A stretch of DNA of 64,000 nt from an uncultured Verrucomicrobiae bacterium. GTDB taxonomy: Bacteria > Verrucomicrobiota > Verrucomicrobiia > Chthoniobacterales > UBA10450. Below are positions 46,847 through 56,856 of this stretch, piece after piece. The stretch is from the NCBI GenBank assembly GCA_963726745.1, contig CAVSDR010000003.1:160001-224000 (forward strand). The letters run 5' to 3'. Below the pieces are notes generated by a model that did not search any database, had not been told where the DNA came from, and saw nothing but the letters and a program-made list of their open reading frames with translations. The position numbers and the translations under genes are program-made. Numbering within the stretch: position 1 is the stretch's first letter; each line of letters starts with the position of its first letter.

Positions 46847-47296
46847 GTGAAAACCCTGCGCTCCGCTTTTTTAGCCATCACTTTCACTGCCCTCGTGGCG
46901 GTGGCCTGCGCCGCGGGCAAGCCAGGATGGCTGACGGATTTCAAGCAGGCCAGGGATGAAGCCAAGGCGAAGAACAAGCTCATCCTGGTGGACTTTACTG
47001 GCTCCGATTGGTGCGGCTGGTGCATCAAGCTCGATCGCGAAGTCTTCTCGAAGCCGGAGTTCAAGGAATATGCCGAGAAGAATCTTGTCCTTCTGGAAGT
47101 AGATTTCCCGCACGGGAAAAAGCAGTCGGAGGCCGAGCAGATCCAGAATCAAAAGCTCGCGCAGGAATACGGCATCCAGGGTTTTCCCACGATCATCGTC
47201 CTCGATGGTGCCGGGAAAAAAGTCGGCGAGCTCGGCTACATGCCGGGCGGCCCCAGCGCCTTCCTCGCGGAGCTGGACCGGCTGCGCAAAGGTTAG
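46847..47296 (+). CDS. exported thioredoxin-family protein
   Basis: Signal peptide; DFTGSDWCGWC, GFPT. Confidence 0.9.
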   Translation: MKTLRSAFLAITFTALVAVACAAGKPGWLTDFKQARDEAKAKNKLILVDFTGSDWCGWCIKLDREVFSKPEFKEYAEKNLVLLEVDFPHGKKQSEAEQIQNQKLAQEYGIQGFPTIIVLDGAGKKVGELGYMPGGPSAFLAELDRLRKG

Positions 47297-47313
47297 CGCC
47301 TAACGAGTGCTTC

Positions 47314-49203
47314 TTAGGCCGCGGCCGGCGCCTGCAGGAGACGCTTGAGCGCCTCCGCGAGATCGCTCCGCGTGAACGGTTTTGGCAGCGCGCCACGGAA
47401 ACCGTAAGCGATAAATTCCGAAAGTGCCGCTTCGTCCGAGTAGCCGCTGCAAATGATCGCGCTCACTTCGGGATCGATCGCGCGCAGGCGTTCGATCGTA
47501 GCCACGCCGCCGAGGCCGCCGCGCACGGTCGCATCGAGGATCACGGCCTGGAACCCCTCGCCCCGGCGGAAAGCGCGCTCGTAGGCCTTGATCGCCTCCG
47601 TCCCATCGGGCACGGCGGTGACTTCGTAGCCCAAAGTGCCGAGTAATTGCGAGGTCAACTCGCGAATCGCCGGCTCGTCATCCATCACCAGCACGCGCAA
47701 CTGCGCGGTGTGGCTCGTGGTGGCGCTTTGTTTTTCCTGCGCCGCCAGCGGACCGGCACTGGCCGGCAGATAGAAACTGAAAGTTGAGCCCTGCGCCGAG
47801 GAATCTTCGAGCAGGAGAAGGCCGCCGTGTTTTTTCACAATGGAATAACTGATCGCGAGCCCCAGGCCGGTGGCCGTGGGTTTGGTGGTAAAGTAAGGGT
47901 CGAAAATCTTCGTCATCAGCTCGTCGGGAATGCCCAAGCCGCCATCGGAGATCGAGATTTTGAGGTAACGTCCGGCCGGCAGGAGCGCGCCCGCTTTTTC
48001 CTCCAGCTCGACGTTTCGTGCAGAGACGCTCACGGTGCCCCCGTGCGGCATGGCCTCGCGCGCATTCAGGATGAGTGCGTTGACCACTTGCTCGATCTGC
48101 GAGGCGTCCACTTCCGACTTCCAGAGATTGGCCGCGATGTCGATGTGCGCGCGCACACTCGAGCCGTAGAGCGAAAACTCCGAGGCCTGCGCAAGCAGCG
48201 GGGCCATCGCCACCACTTTCTTGAGCGGCGCGCCGCCCTTGGAAAAAGTCAGCAGCTGGCTGGAAAGATGGGCCGCGTGCTGCGCCGCCTGCGCCGCCTT
48301 CGAGAGGAAGGATTGCAGGTTGGCGTTCTCCCCCGGGGCCTCGATCTGCGCCAGCCCGATGTTCCCGGAGATGACCGTGAGAATGTTGTTTAAATCATGC
48401 GCGATCCCGCCCGCGAGCGTGCCTAACGACTCCAGCTTGCCGGTGGTAAGCCGTTCTTCCTCGCTCCGTCGCCGCTCCGTAATGTCGCGGAAGAAGACCG
48501 ACACGCCGCCGCCGCTCGGGTAGGCGTGCACTTCAAACCACTTCCGCCCCTCGGCGTCGCTGGCCTCGAATTCCGTGGCCACGTTTTCCGCGAGCACCCG
48601 CCGGTAGTTCGTCTCGAAGACCGAGTCGCGCAGTTCCGGGAGCGTCTCCCAGAGATTTGCCCCCAGGATCTCCTCGCGGCGGCGCGCGAGCAGCAGCTCG
48701 GCCTCCGCGTTCATGTAGGTGATGTTCCAGGCCGCATCGACCGCGAAAAAGCCGTCGGTCGTGTTCTCGAGGATGTTGCTTAAATTCCGGCTGGAATCCT
48801 GGAGCGCGGCTCGAGCCTGGTTGCGCTCGGCGAGATCGCTAATCTGGCGCTCCGCGACCGAGAGGCGCACATTCAGCAAGGAGAGGTTGATCGGCTTGAT
48901 CAGGTAATCGTTCGCGCCCGCCTCCAGCGCCTGTTGCAGGTCTTCGCTGTCGCCGCGCGCGGTGACCAAGAGGATGAACATCTCGTCGCCGCCGGGGCGG
49001 GCGCGCAGCTCGCGGCAGAGCTCGACGCCGCTTTTACCCGGCAACATCCAATCAAGCAGGAGGAACGGAAACGACTCCTGCGCGAGGGCGCGCTCGGCCT
49101 CCTCCGCGCTGGCCAGCGCGGTCACTTCGTGACCACGGCGCTCGATTAGCCGTTGCAGGTTGCGACGACTATCCGCGTGGTCCTCGACTAGCAGGATTTT
49201 CAT
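47314..49203 (-). CDS. hybrid histidine kinase (REC-PAS-HisKA-HATPase-REC)
   Basis: LLDWMLPG; AGGIAHDLNN, NAREAM, FDPYFTTK, GLGLA; VMDDE. Confidence 0.93.
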   Translation of the reverse strand: MKILLVEDHADSRRNLQRLIERRGHEVTALASAEEAERALAQESFPFLLLDWMLPGKSGVELCRELRARPGGDEMFILLVTARGDSEDLQQALEAGANDYLIKPINLSLLNVRLSVAERQISDLAERNQARAALQDSSRNLSNILENTTDGFFAVDAAWNITYMNAEAELLLARRREEILGANLWETLPELRDSVFETNYRRVLAENVATEFEASDAEGRKWFEVHAYPSGGGVSVFFRDITERRRSEEERLTTGKLESLGTLAGGIAHDLNNILTVISGNIGLAQIEAPGENANLQSFLSKAAQAAQHAAHLSSQLLTFSKGGAPLKKVVAMAPLLAQASEFSLYGSSVRAHIDIAANLWKSEVDASQIEQVVNALILNAREAMPHGGTVSVSARNVELEEKAGALLPAGRYLKISISDGGLGIPDELMTKIFDPYFTTKPTATGLGLAISYSIVKKHGGLLLLEDSSAQGSTFSFYLPASAGPLAAQEKQSATTSHTAQLRVLVMDDEPAIRELTSQLLGTLGYEVTAVPDGTEAIKAYERAFRRGEGFQAVILDATVRGGLGGVATIERLRAIDPEVSAIICSGYSDEAALSEFIAYGFRGALPKPFTRSDLAEALKRLLQAPAAA

Positions 49204-49400
49204 CTGGTTTAAAACCTCCGGCACACAAAAGCGCGCGCTGCGGCAGCCTGTGTGTGGAGCAGGATAACTGCCAGCAAGTGGGCTTTCTCAATGAGCGAGT
49301 GCGGCAGGGGACGGGATGTGCTTTCTTCCGGTGGCCAGGCTCCGGAGATTGCGCGGGGCAACCACTCTGCTAGATACACCTTCCCTCGCTCGCTTTCCTC

Positions 49401-50253
49401 ATGCCCTTTATACGGTTCTTCCTGTTCCTTGGTTTGTCTTTCCCTGCGCTGGTTCAACTCTCCGCGCAAGTTTCTTCCCCGTCGCCCGTGGCCACGCCGC
49501 TCCCGTTGGCCAGCACCAGCCCCGGCAGTTTCGGCCGCGCCGCAGATCACTTTCAATTCCGTGCACGTCGACGGCCCCTATGTGGCCATGACCTTCGACG
49601 ACGGCCCGAGCGCGGCCCTCACCCCGAAGCTGCTCGACCTGCTCGCGCAGCATAAAATGAAGGCGACCTTCTTCGTCGTCGGCCAGAACGCCGCGGATCA
49701 TCCGGAGATCCTGAAGCGCGCCGTGCGCGAAGGCCACGAGATTGCAAACCATTCCTGGTCGCATCCGAATCTCGCGCGCATGGGCGACGAGGCCGTGCGC
49801 CGCGAGCTGCAGAAAACAGACGACGCGATCAAGGCCGCGATCGGCACCCGCCCCACCCTCATGCGCCCGCCTTACGGGGCAATCACTCCCCGCCAGAAAG
49901 CGTGGATTCACTCGGACTTCGGCTATCGGATCATCATCTGGGACGTCGACCCGCTCGATTGGCGCCGCCCCGGCCCGAGCGTGGTCACGCATCGGATCGT
50001 GAGCGAAGCGCGCCCCGGCTCGATCATTCTTGCGCACGACATCCATCCGCCCACGATCGAGGCGATGCCGGCCACCTTCGATCAACTCGAAGGCAAAGGC
50101 TTCAAGTTCGTGACCGTCTCGGAATTACTCGCGATGGCCCGGCCGACGCCGCCGAAGGCACCGGTCGTCGCGCGTCCCGCAGCCTCGCCCGCCTCCGCCT
50201 CGCCCGCTGGGGCCAACGCGCCGGCCGCGCCGCCCGCGCAACCCAACGGCTGA
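49401..50253 (+). CDS. secreted polysaccharide deacetylase (CE4/NodB), +1 frameshift at ~49520
   Basis: Signal peptide in one frame; TFDDGP, NHSWSH, RPPYG, DPLDW, ILAHD in the next. Confidence 0.88.
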
Positions 50254-50261
50254 TTCGCGGC

Positions 50262-51986
50262 ATGCTGGCCGACGATTACCTGCAGCTGCGGAGCGAACTG
50301 GAGACAGCGCTCGCCGGGGTCCTCAAGCTCAGCTCGGAATTGCGCCGCGACCCGGCGGCGATCGAGACGCTCCAGGGATTGCTCACCGATCTGCGTGAGC
50401 CGCTGCTTTTTGTAGTCGTAGGCGAAGTGAAGGCGGGCAAGTCTTCCCTGCTGAACGCGCTTTTTGGCCAGGAATTTGCCCGCGTCGATGTGCTCCCGGC
50501 AACCGATCGCGTCTGCATCTTCCGCTACGGCGAAACGCCGAAGACGGTCGAGGTCTCGCCGCAACTGCTCGAGCGCTACGAGCCGATCGAGTTCCTGCGG
50601 AACTTCAACGTCGTCGACACCCCGGGGACGAACACCATGGTCGAGAAGCACCAGGAGATCACCGAGGGTTTCATCCCGCGCGCCGACCTCGTGCTCTTCG
50701 TTTTCTCGGTCACCAATCCGTGGACGCAATCCGCCTGGGCGCTACTCGATCTGGTGCAAAAGAAATGGCTCAAGAACGTCGTCTTCGTCTTGCAGCAAGC
50801 CGACCTGCGCGACCCGGCCGAGGTGGAAATTATCCAGCGACATCTGGAGGATACCGCGCTCCAGCGGCTCGGCTTCAAGCCGCCGATCTTTGCCGTCTCC
50901 GCGCGCAAGGCGCTCCTCGCCCGCACCACCGGAATCGACAAGGAAGGCCTCTGGACCGAAAGCCATTTCGAGGCGCTCGAGGAACAGATCACGCGCATGG
51001 TCACCGAAGGGAGCGCGCGTATGCTCAAGCTCCAGTCGGCCGGCCGCACCGCCGCGCTTATGCTCAACGAAGTGGCCGAGGAAGTGCGCGGCAGCTTCGA
51101 GACCATCCGGCGCGACGAGCTGCATCTCGCGCGCATCTCCGAGTTTCTTGAAGCGCGGAAAGCGCAAACGCTCCGGCAGGTGGCCGGCTTCCTCCGCGGG
51201 GTGGAACGCGCCTGCCGCGATTGCGCCGACCACGGCACGAAGTTGATCGAGGAAAAGCTTTCGTTTTGGAAGACCTGGCGCCTGATCTTCTCGCGCGCGC
51301 AATGGCAGCAGGATTTCCAGCAGGAAGTGGAAGCAAAGCTTCGGCAAACGGTCCAGCCACAGGTGGAAAACGCGGTGCAGTTGCTCGAGACCGACCTGCG
51401 CGGGCTCTGGCCGCAATTGCAGGATAACCTCGAGGCGCAGTTCGCCTCCGCCGGGCGCGCCCGCGTCGGCAAAAGCGCGCCCGATTTTGCACGCCAGCGC
51501 CGCGAACTTCTGCAATCGATCGAGCTCACGCTCATGGAACGTGTCGCCGGCAAAGGGATCGAGGAACAGCTCAGCCGCATGTTTGCCGAAAGCGCGGCCT
51601 GGTTGCGCGTGCCCGCGGGGGTGGCCGCAGCCGGCGGCCTCGCAACCGTTCTGGCGGCCATGATCAGCGCCTCGGTTGCCGACGTTACCGGGATCATCGC
51701 CGGTTCCGCACTCGCGCTCGGAACGTTCTTCGCCTTCACCCAACGACGAAAAATTCTCCGGACCTACGAGAAGGAAATGGAGACGAAGCGGGTGGAATTA
51801 GTCAGCGCGATCGAAGCGCAGATGGAGCACGCGATTGATCTTTTCTACAAAGAAATCGCGATCGCCTTCGAGCCGCTCGCGGCCTTCTGCTCCACCGAGC
51901 GCAAGCGCTACGAGCCGCTGCTCACCAGGGTGGAAACGCTGCGCGAAAACTTCGGCTCCTTGAAGACGCGCCTGGGCCAGGCCTAA
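50262..51986 (+). CDS. dynamin-like GTPase with C-terminal membrane segment
   Basis: GEVKAGKS, LPATD, DTPG; helical body; hydrophobic hairpin near the C-terminus. Confidence 0.85.
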   Translation: MLADDYLQLRSELETALAGVLKLSSELRRDPAAIETLQGLLTDLREPLLFVVVGEVKAGKSSLLNALFGQEFARVDVLPATDRVCIFRYGETPKTVEVSPQLLERYEPIEFLRNFNVVDTPGTNTMVEKHQEITEGFIPRADLVLFVFSVTNPWTQSAWALLDLVQKKWLKNVVFVLQQADLRDPAEVEIIQRHLEDTALQRLGFKPPIFAVSARKALLARTTGIDKEGLWTESHFEALEEQITRMVTEGSARMLKLQSAGRTAALMLNEVAEEVRGSFETIRRDELHLARISEFLEARKAQTLRQVAGFLRGVERACRDCADHGTKLIEEKLSFWKTWRLIFSRAQWQQDFQQEVEAKLRQTVQPQVENAVQLLETDLRGLWPQLQDNLEAQFASAGRARVGKSAPDFARQRRELLQSIELTLMERVAGKGIEEQLSRMFAESAAWLRVPAGVAAAGGLATVLAAMISASVADVTGIIAGSALALGTFFAFTQRRKILRTYEKEMETKRVELVSAIEAQMEHAIDLFYKEIAIAFEPLAAFCSTERKRYEPLLTRVETLRENFGSLKTRLGQA

Positions 51987-52013
51987 GCGTCTCTGCCAGC
52001 GTGAAAGCGCTGG

Positions 52014-52841
52014 CTATTTCTTCTTGCTGTTCGTCTCCTGCACCAGCCGCTGCTGGCTTTGCCGCTGGGCGATCACAAAGTGATTGTTGTCGCCGTAGGA
52101 GCGCCACGGCCCGGGCGGGACATCACGCACCTCGACAAACTGCCAGTCGGTCACGTCCGTGCTCGAAAGGCCGAGGTAATCGCGCACTGCCGGGGAAACG
52201 TCGAGGCCGGCGCCGCGGTTCAGGTTCGGCTTCGGCCGTTCATTCTGGAAGACGTATTGGAAGTGATCGGTGCGAAACGGCCCGCAATCTTCCCACTGCG
52301 CGTAGCACACGCGGTTGCCCTTGCGCACCGCGAGCCAGCGGCCTTTGCAAACCGATTGCCCGGGCGCGGTGTAGGATTGCTTGAACCACGGGATGACCAG
52401 CGCCGCCTCCGGCTTGAACTGGCCGTGCGTGACGTCGTTATACGGCAGCGCGACGTAAAAGGGATTTTGGCGCGGGACGAAATTCACCGGGATGTAATTG
52501 CGCCGGCTGGAAGGATCGGGTGAATCATAGCCGCCGTAGTTTCCCACCCAGTTCGCGTCCCAGGAGCTCTTGTTGTTCGGCACCGGGTTGTTCTCCGTAG
52601 GCTGCTCGCCGATCCAGAAAACCGTGGTCACGATCCCGGTTTTCCACGGGTAACGCTGGGTGCTGGTCCGCGAGGTCGTGGGCACGAAAACCTGCGGCTC
52701 CACCTTCAGCATGGCCTGCTCGCGCAGCTTCATCGCGTACTTCGCGAAGTCGGCCGCGCTCTCGTAGGGCGACATCGATTGCCCTTCCACGGCCAGGGCG
52801 CTCCCGGCGAGCAGGAAAGTGAGGGCGAGGAGTCGTTTCAT
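52014..52841 (-). CDS. secreted hypothetical protein, possibly double-psi beta-barrel (RlpA/expansin-like)
   Basis: Signal peptide; YVALP, QWEDCGP, GLDVSPAVRDYLG. Confidence 0.7.
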   Translation of the reverse strand: MKRLLALTFLLAGSALAVEGQSMSPYESAADFAKYAMKLREQAMLKVEPQVFVPTTSRTSTQRYPWKTGIVTTVFWIGEQPTENNPVPNNKSSWDANWVGNYGGYDSPDPSSRRNYIPVNFVPRQNPFYVALPYNDVTHGQFKPEAALVIPWFKQSYTAPGQSVCKGRWLAVRKGNRVCYAQWEDCGPFRTDHFQYVFQNERPKPNLNRGAGLDVSPAVRDYLGLSSTDVTDWQFVEVRDVPPGPWRSYGDNNHFVIAQRQSQQRLVQETNSKKK

Positions 52842-52963
52842 GGAGCGAATTGCCGGGCTTTAAGTATCCGAAAACAAGGGGGCGGGCAAGCGCCTTTCCC
52901 CTCGCGGAAACGCGGCCAAACCGCGCTTCCACACCTCGTCAAAGCAGCATCCATTCCACCGCT

Positions 52964-54562
52964 TCACATCCGGCTGAGACGCGTGTCGTTTTGGAAGCGT
53001 CGCTCATCCGGCTCCGGATAGTCGAGCGTGTAATGCAGCCCGCGGCTTTCCCGCCGACTAAGCGCCGAGTCGACGATCAAGGCCGCGACCGTCGCGAGGT
53101 TGCGCAATTCCAGCAGGTCGACCGTGATCTTGAAGTTCCAGTAAAATTCCCGGATCTCGCGCTGGAGATTCCGCAGCCGCGCGCTGGCCCGCTGCAGGCG
53201 CTTGGTCGTGCGCACGATGCCCACGTAATCCCACATCAGCCGCCGGATCTCGCCCCAGTTGTGGTAGATCACCACCAGCTCATCGACGTTCTGCACATCT
53301 CCCGGTTCCCACTGCGGCAGCACCACCTGGCGCATCAGGTGCGCGGGTGGTTGCTCGCGGAGCGCGGCCTCGAGCGCGCGATGCGCCACCACCAAGCCTT
53401 CGAGGAGGGAATTGCTCGCGAGCCGGTTCGCCCCATGCAAACCAGTGCAGCCGACCTCGCCCACGGCATACAAACCCGGGAGCGTAGTCGCGCCGTTCAC
53501 GTCCGTCTGGATCCCGCCGCACTGGTAGTGCGCCGCCGGCACCACCGGGATCGGCTGCTTCGTCATGTCGATGCCAAAACGCAGGCAGGTCTCGTAGATA
53601 TGCGGGAAACGCTCGCGCAAAAACTCCGGCGCCTGCTCCGTGATATCGAGGTAAACGCAGGGGTCGCCCGCGCGTTTGATCTCGCTGTCAATCGCGCGGG
53701 CCACGATATCGCGCGGCGCGAGCGAGCCGCGCGGGTCGTAGCGCTTCATGAAATCTTCCCCGCGACTGTTGCGCAAAATTCCGCCCTCGCCGCGGACCGC
53801 CTCCGAGATCAGGAACGACTTTGCCTCCGCGTGAAACAAACACGTCGGATGAAATTGGATGAACTCCATGTTCGCGATCGTCGCCCCCGCGCGCCAGGCC
53901 ATGGCCACGCCGTCGCCCGTCGCGATGTCGGGATTGGTCGTGTAGAGGTAAACCTTCCCGCAGCCGCCGGTGGCCAGGACCAGGCGATCCGTCCGGATGG
54001 TTTCCACCTCGGTGGATTTTTCATCGAGCACGTAAACGCCCAGGCAGCGATCCTCTGTCGCGAAGCCCAGCTTGCCCGCGGTGATCAAGTCCACCGCCAT
54101 GTGATGCTCGAAGAGCGTCACCCGCGGCGCCCGCGCGAGCTCACGCAGCAGAGTCTTCTCGATTTCCAACCCGGTCACGTCCTGCACATGCAGCACGCGG
54201 CGCTTTGAGTGGCCGCCTTCCCGCCCAAGATCGAGCTCCCGATGTCCCTCGACCGTCCGGCGATCGAACTCCATCCCCAGCTCGATCAGTTCGTTGATCC
54301 GCGCCGGTCCCTCGGTCACGATCGTGCGCACCGTCGCCTCGTCACATAATCCCGCGCCGGCGATCAAGGTGTCGCGCACATGCAACTCGAAGGAATCCTC
54401 CTCGCTGGTCACGCAAGCCACGCCGCCCTGCGCCCAGGCGGTGTTCGAGTCGGCGCCCTTGCGTTTCGTGAAGACTGCGACCGAGCCATGCTTCGCGGCC
54501 TTGAGCGCAAAAGTCAGCCCGGCGATCCCGCTGCCGATGACGACGAAATCAAACTCCTTCAT
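52964..54562 (-). CDS. nadB: L-aspartate oxidase
   Basis: GSGIAG, WAQGG, EGGHS, QFHPT, AAHYQCGG, GLHGANRLASNSLLE. Confidence 0.97.
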   Translation of the reverse strand: MKEFDFVVIGSGIAGLTFALKAAKHGSVAVFTKRKGADSNTAWAQGGVACVTSEEDSFELHVRDTLIAGAGLCDEATVRTIVTEGPARINELIELGMEFDRRTVEGHRELDLGREGGHSKRRVLHVQDVTGLEIEKTLLRELARAPRVTLFEHHMAVDLITAGKLGFATEDRCLGVYVLDEKSTEVETIRTDRLVLATGGCGKVYLYTTNPDIATGDGVAMAWRAGATIANMEFIQFHPTCLFHAEAKSFLISEAVRGEGGILRNSRGEDFMKRYDPRGSLAPRDIVARAIDSEIKRAGDPCVYLDITEQAPEFLRERFPHIYETCLRFGIDMTKQPIPVVPAAHYQCGGIQTDVNGATTLPGLYAVGEVGCTGLHGANRLASNSLLEGLVVAHRALEAALREQPPAHLMRQVVLPQWEPGDVQNVDELVVIYHNWGEIRRLMWDYVGIVRTTKRLQRASARLRNLQREIREFYWNFKITVDLLELRNLATVAALIVDSALSRRESRGLHYTLDYPEPDERRFQNDTRLSRM

Positions 54563-55392
54563 GGCAAACGCAGATTGTCGATCAGCCGAGTCTGGCCAAA
54601 GCGCACCGCCAGCGCGAGCAGCGAGTTCGCTTCCACGCGACTGCGCGGCGCAAGCGTTTCCGCATCCACCACGGCCACGTAATCAATCCGCGCCGCGGGC
54701 TGCGTCTCGATCCGCGAACGGATTTTTGCGATGAGGTTGTCGGCTATTTTTTCACCGCTCGCGGCCGCTTCCATGAGCGCGATGCGCAACACCGGCGCCT
54801 GCGCTCGTTCCTCCGCGCTCAGGTATTTATTGCGCGAGCTGCAGGCCAGGCCATCGGCTTCGCGCACCGTCGGCGCGCCGATGATCTCGATCGGGAAATC
54901 GAGGTCGCGCACCATTCGCCGGATGATCGCAAGCTGCTGCCAGTCCTTCTCACCAAAGACCGCCGCGTGCGGCCCGAGCAGGTGAAACAACTTCGCCACC
55001 ACCGTGCAGACCCCGCGGAAATGCCCCGGCCGCGAAGCTCCTTCGAGCACCAGTGAAAGCGCTGTCTCTTCCACGTAAGCCGAGCGCTCGTCGAGATACA
55101 TCTCGCCCGGCCGCGGCCGGAAAAGCACGTCCACCCCAGCCGCGCGGCATAACTCTTCGTCCGCCTCCTGCGGGCGCGGATAACGCTCGAAATCCGAGCC
55201 CGGCTCGAACTGCAGCGGGTTCACAAAAATGCTCGCCGCCAGCTCGCCGTCGGCGCCTGCGAGTTCGCGGCCGAGGCGCAGCAGCTCCGCATGCCCGCGG
55301 TGGAGCGCACCCATCGTCGGCACAAGCACACGGCGCGCGCGGCTCTGCGCGGCATAGGCGTGCGCCTCTTTCACAGTCTCGATGATTTGCAT
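54559..55392 (-). CDS. panC: pantoate--beta-alanine ligase
   Basis: VPTMGALHRGH, FVNPLQF, RPGHFRGV, FGEKDWQQ, SSRN, RLIDN. Confidence 0.96.
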   Translation of the reverse strand: MQIIETVKEAHAYAAQSRARRVLVPTMGALHRGHAELLRLGRELAGADGELAASIFVNPLQFEPGSDFERYPRPQEADEELCRAAGVDVLFRPRPGEMYLDERSAYVEETALSLVLEGASRPGHFRGVCTVVAKLFHLLGPHAAVFGEKDWQQLAIIRRMVRDLDFPIEIIGAPTVREADGLACSSRNKYLSAEERAQAPVLRIALMEAAASGEKIADNLIAKIRSRIETQPAARIDYVAVVDAETLAPRSRVEANSLLALAVRFGQTRLIDNLRLP

Positions 55393-55394
55393 GC

Positions 55395-56094
55395 TCAAGT
55401 CTTCTCCAGCCAGATCGCCTGGCGCGCCCAGCGGAATTTCCCCGCGCCAAAACTTCCGCCAGCCGGCCTTCTCCGCGAGCGCGCGGAGCTCCGCAAAGCT
55501 AAACGCCCGCGCCGCGGAAACGCGGCCATCTTCCCGCGTCATCCGGTCGCGAAAGATCAGGGCCGTTAGCAAATAAACGCCCACGTGCGCGAGCCAGCCG
55601 CGCCGAAGATCCGTCACCAGGACAAAGTGCCGGCTAATTTCCCGACATCTTCGCAGGAGCGCGACCGCGTCCTCGTCGCTGAAGTGGTGCAGCGCGAGCG
55701 AGCAGATCACCAGGTCGAAGGAGCCCTTCGCGCCAAACGTCAGCACATCCGCCTGCTCGCAGGTGATCTCCGGATAATCGCCGCTTAAGGCCTGCGCGGT
55801 CGCGAGCGTTCGTGGCTGGAAATCGACCGCTACGATCTCGACCTCGGCTCCGACCTGGCGTGCAAAATCCGCCACCAGCCGCGGAATATCGGCCGAGCCT
55901 GTCGCCAGATCCGCCACCCGCCAGCGATCCCCCGGCCGCAGCCAGCGGCGGAGAAATTTCTCCACCATCCGGTGGCTGCCGAACCAGCGATTGAGCGCGC
56001 GCAGGCTCCGGAGCGCGGCCGCCAATTCCGCCGCGGAGGCGTCCGGCCGGTCCATCAATTCCGGCTCCCCGGAGGCAAACTCCCGCCGGCTCAT
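55395..56094 (-). CDS. class I SAM-dependent methyltransferase (probable +1 frameshift at ~55450)
   Basis: ELMD, DLATGSAD, SLALHHF, DLRR; alternative-frame end ARQAIWLEKT* stops 2 nt before the panC ATG. Confidence 0.85.
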
Positions 56095-56102
56095 CTTGCT
56101 GC

Positions 56103-56849
56103 CTAACGAGCGAGAAAACGGCTCCACGATTCCGGCAGCGGCGCGCTTTCCACCTCGGCCGCGATCCGGCCTTCGAACTCCGGGTGAAAGGAAACGCTCG
56201 TCCCGTAAACCATGATCAGATCTTCCGAGCCTTCCGCGCGCAGCGCATGCGCCACGCCTGCGGGAATGACCACGCCGCAGTTGTTCGGACCGCGATGGTT
56301 GTCGCCCTCGATCAGGAAACGCATCGTCCGCGGCGGCAGGCCCGCGCGCGCCTCCTGCAGGATCATCTCCGCGTTTCCCTGCACGAAAAACATCACGTCC
56401 CACTGCTCCCGATCGTAGGGACGCGCCGCAAAATCTTCCGGCGCGCGCACGAAGAGTTCCTCGAACCATTGCGCTGCCTCTTTCCCTTCCGGGATGTGCG
56501 GCGGATGCACATGGAAGCCTTTTGCGGTCTGGGCAAACATCCGCGCGGTGGCCCACTGCGCCGGCCAAAAGCCGATCTTCGCCAGCAACCCTTCGTCGCG
56601 CCGCGCAAACTCCCCGAAGAAGCCGCGATGCCGCTGCGGATAAATCGCGCGCGCGAAAAGCTCCACCCCGGGAATCCAGGCCGCGCGCACTTCCGGCGTG
56701 TTCCGGTCCGCGGCCAGGAGCTTTCCAGCCTCGATCCCGGCGCCGCCGAGTTGCTCGGCCAGGCTGCCGCTGGCGTAGTCCCGCGTGGCCAGGGCGGCGC
56801 GCGCCTCCGCGGAGAGACCGGCCCAAAGGTTGTCGTCTGTTTTTTTCAT
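56103..56849 (-). CDS. RmlC-like cupin (dTDP-4-dehydrorhamnose 3,5-epimerase related)
   Basis: HRGFFGE, KGFHVH, IPAGVAHAL. Confidence 0.7.
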   Translation of the reverse strand: MKKTDDNLWAGLSAEARAALATRDYASGSLAEQLGGAGIEAGKLLAADRNTPEVRAAWIPGVELFARAIYPQRHRGFFGEFARRDEGLLAKIGFWPAQWATARMFAQTAKGFHVHPPHIPEGKEAAQWFEELFVRAPEDFAARPYDREQWDVMFFVQGNAEMILQEARAGLPPRTMRFLIEGDNHRGPNNCGVVIPAGVAHALRAEGSEDLIMVYGTSVSFHPEFEGRIAAEVESAPLPESWSRFLAR

Positions 56850-56856
56850 CGAGGAA

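Noticed and set aside
54559..56826. 755-aa ORF suggesting a methyltransferase-PanC fusion
   Set aside because: Removing one base from the AAAA run at ~55450 gives the methyltransferase its own stop 2 nt before the panC ATG. The further upstream part is an off-frame overlap of the cupin gene.
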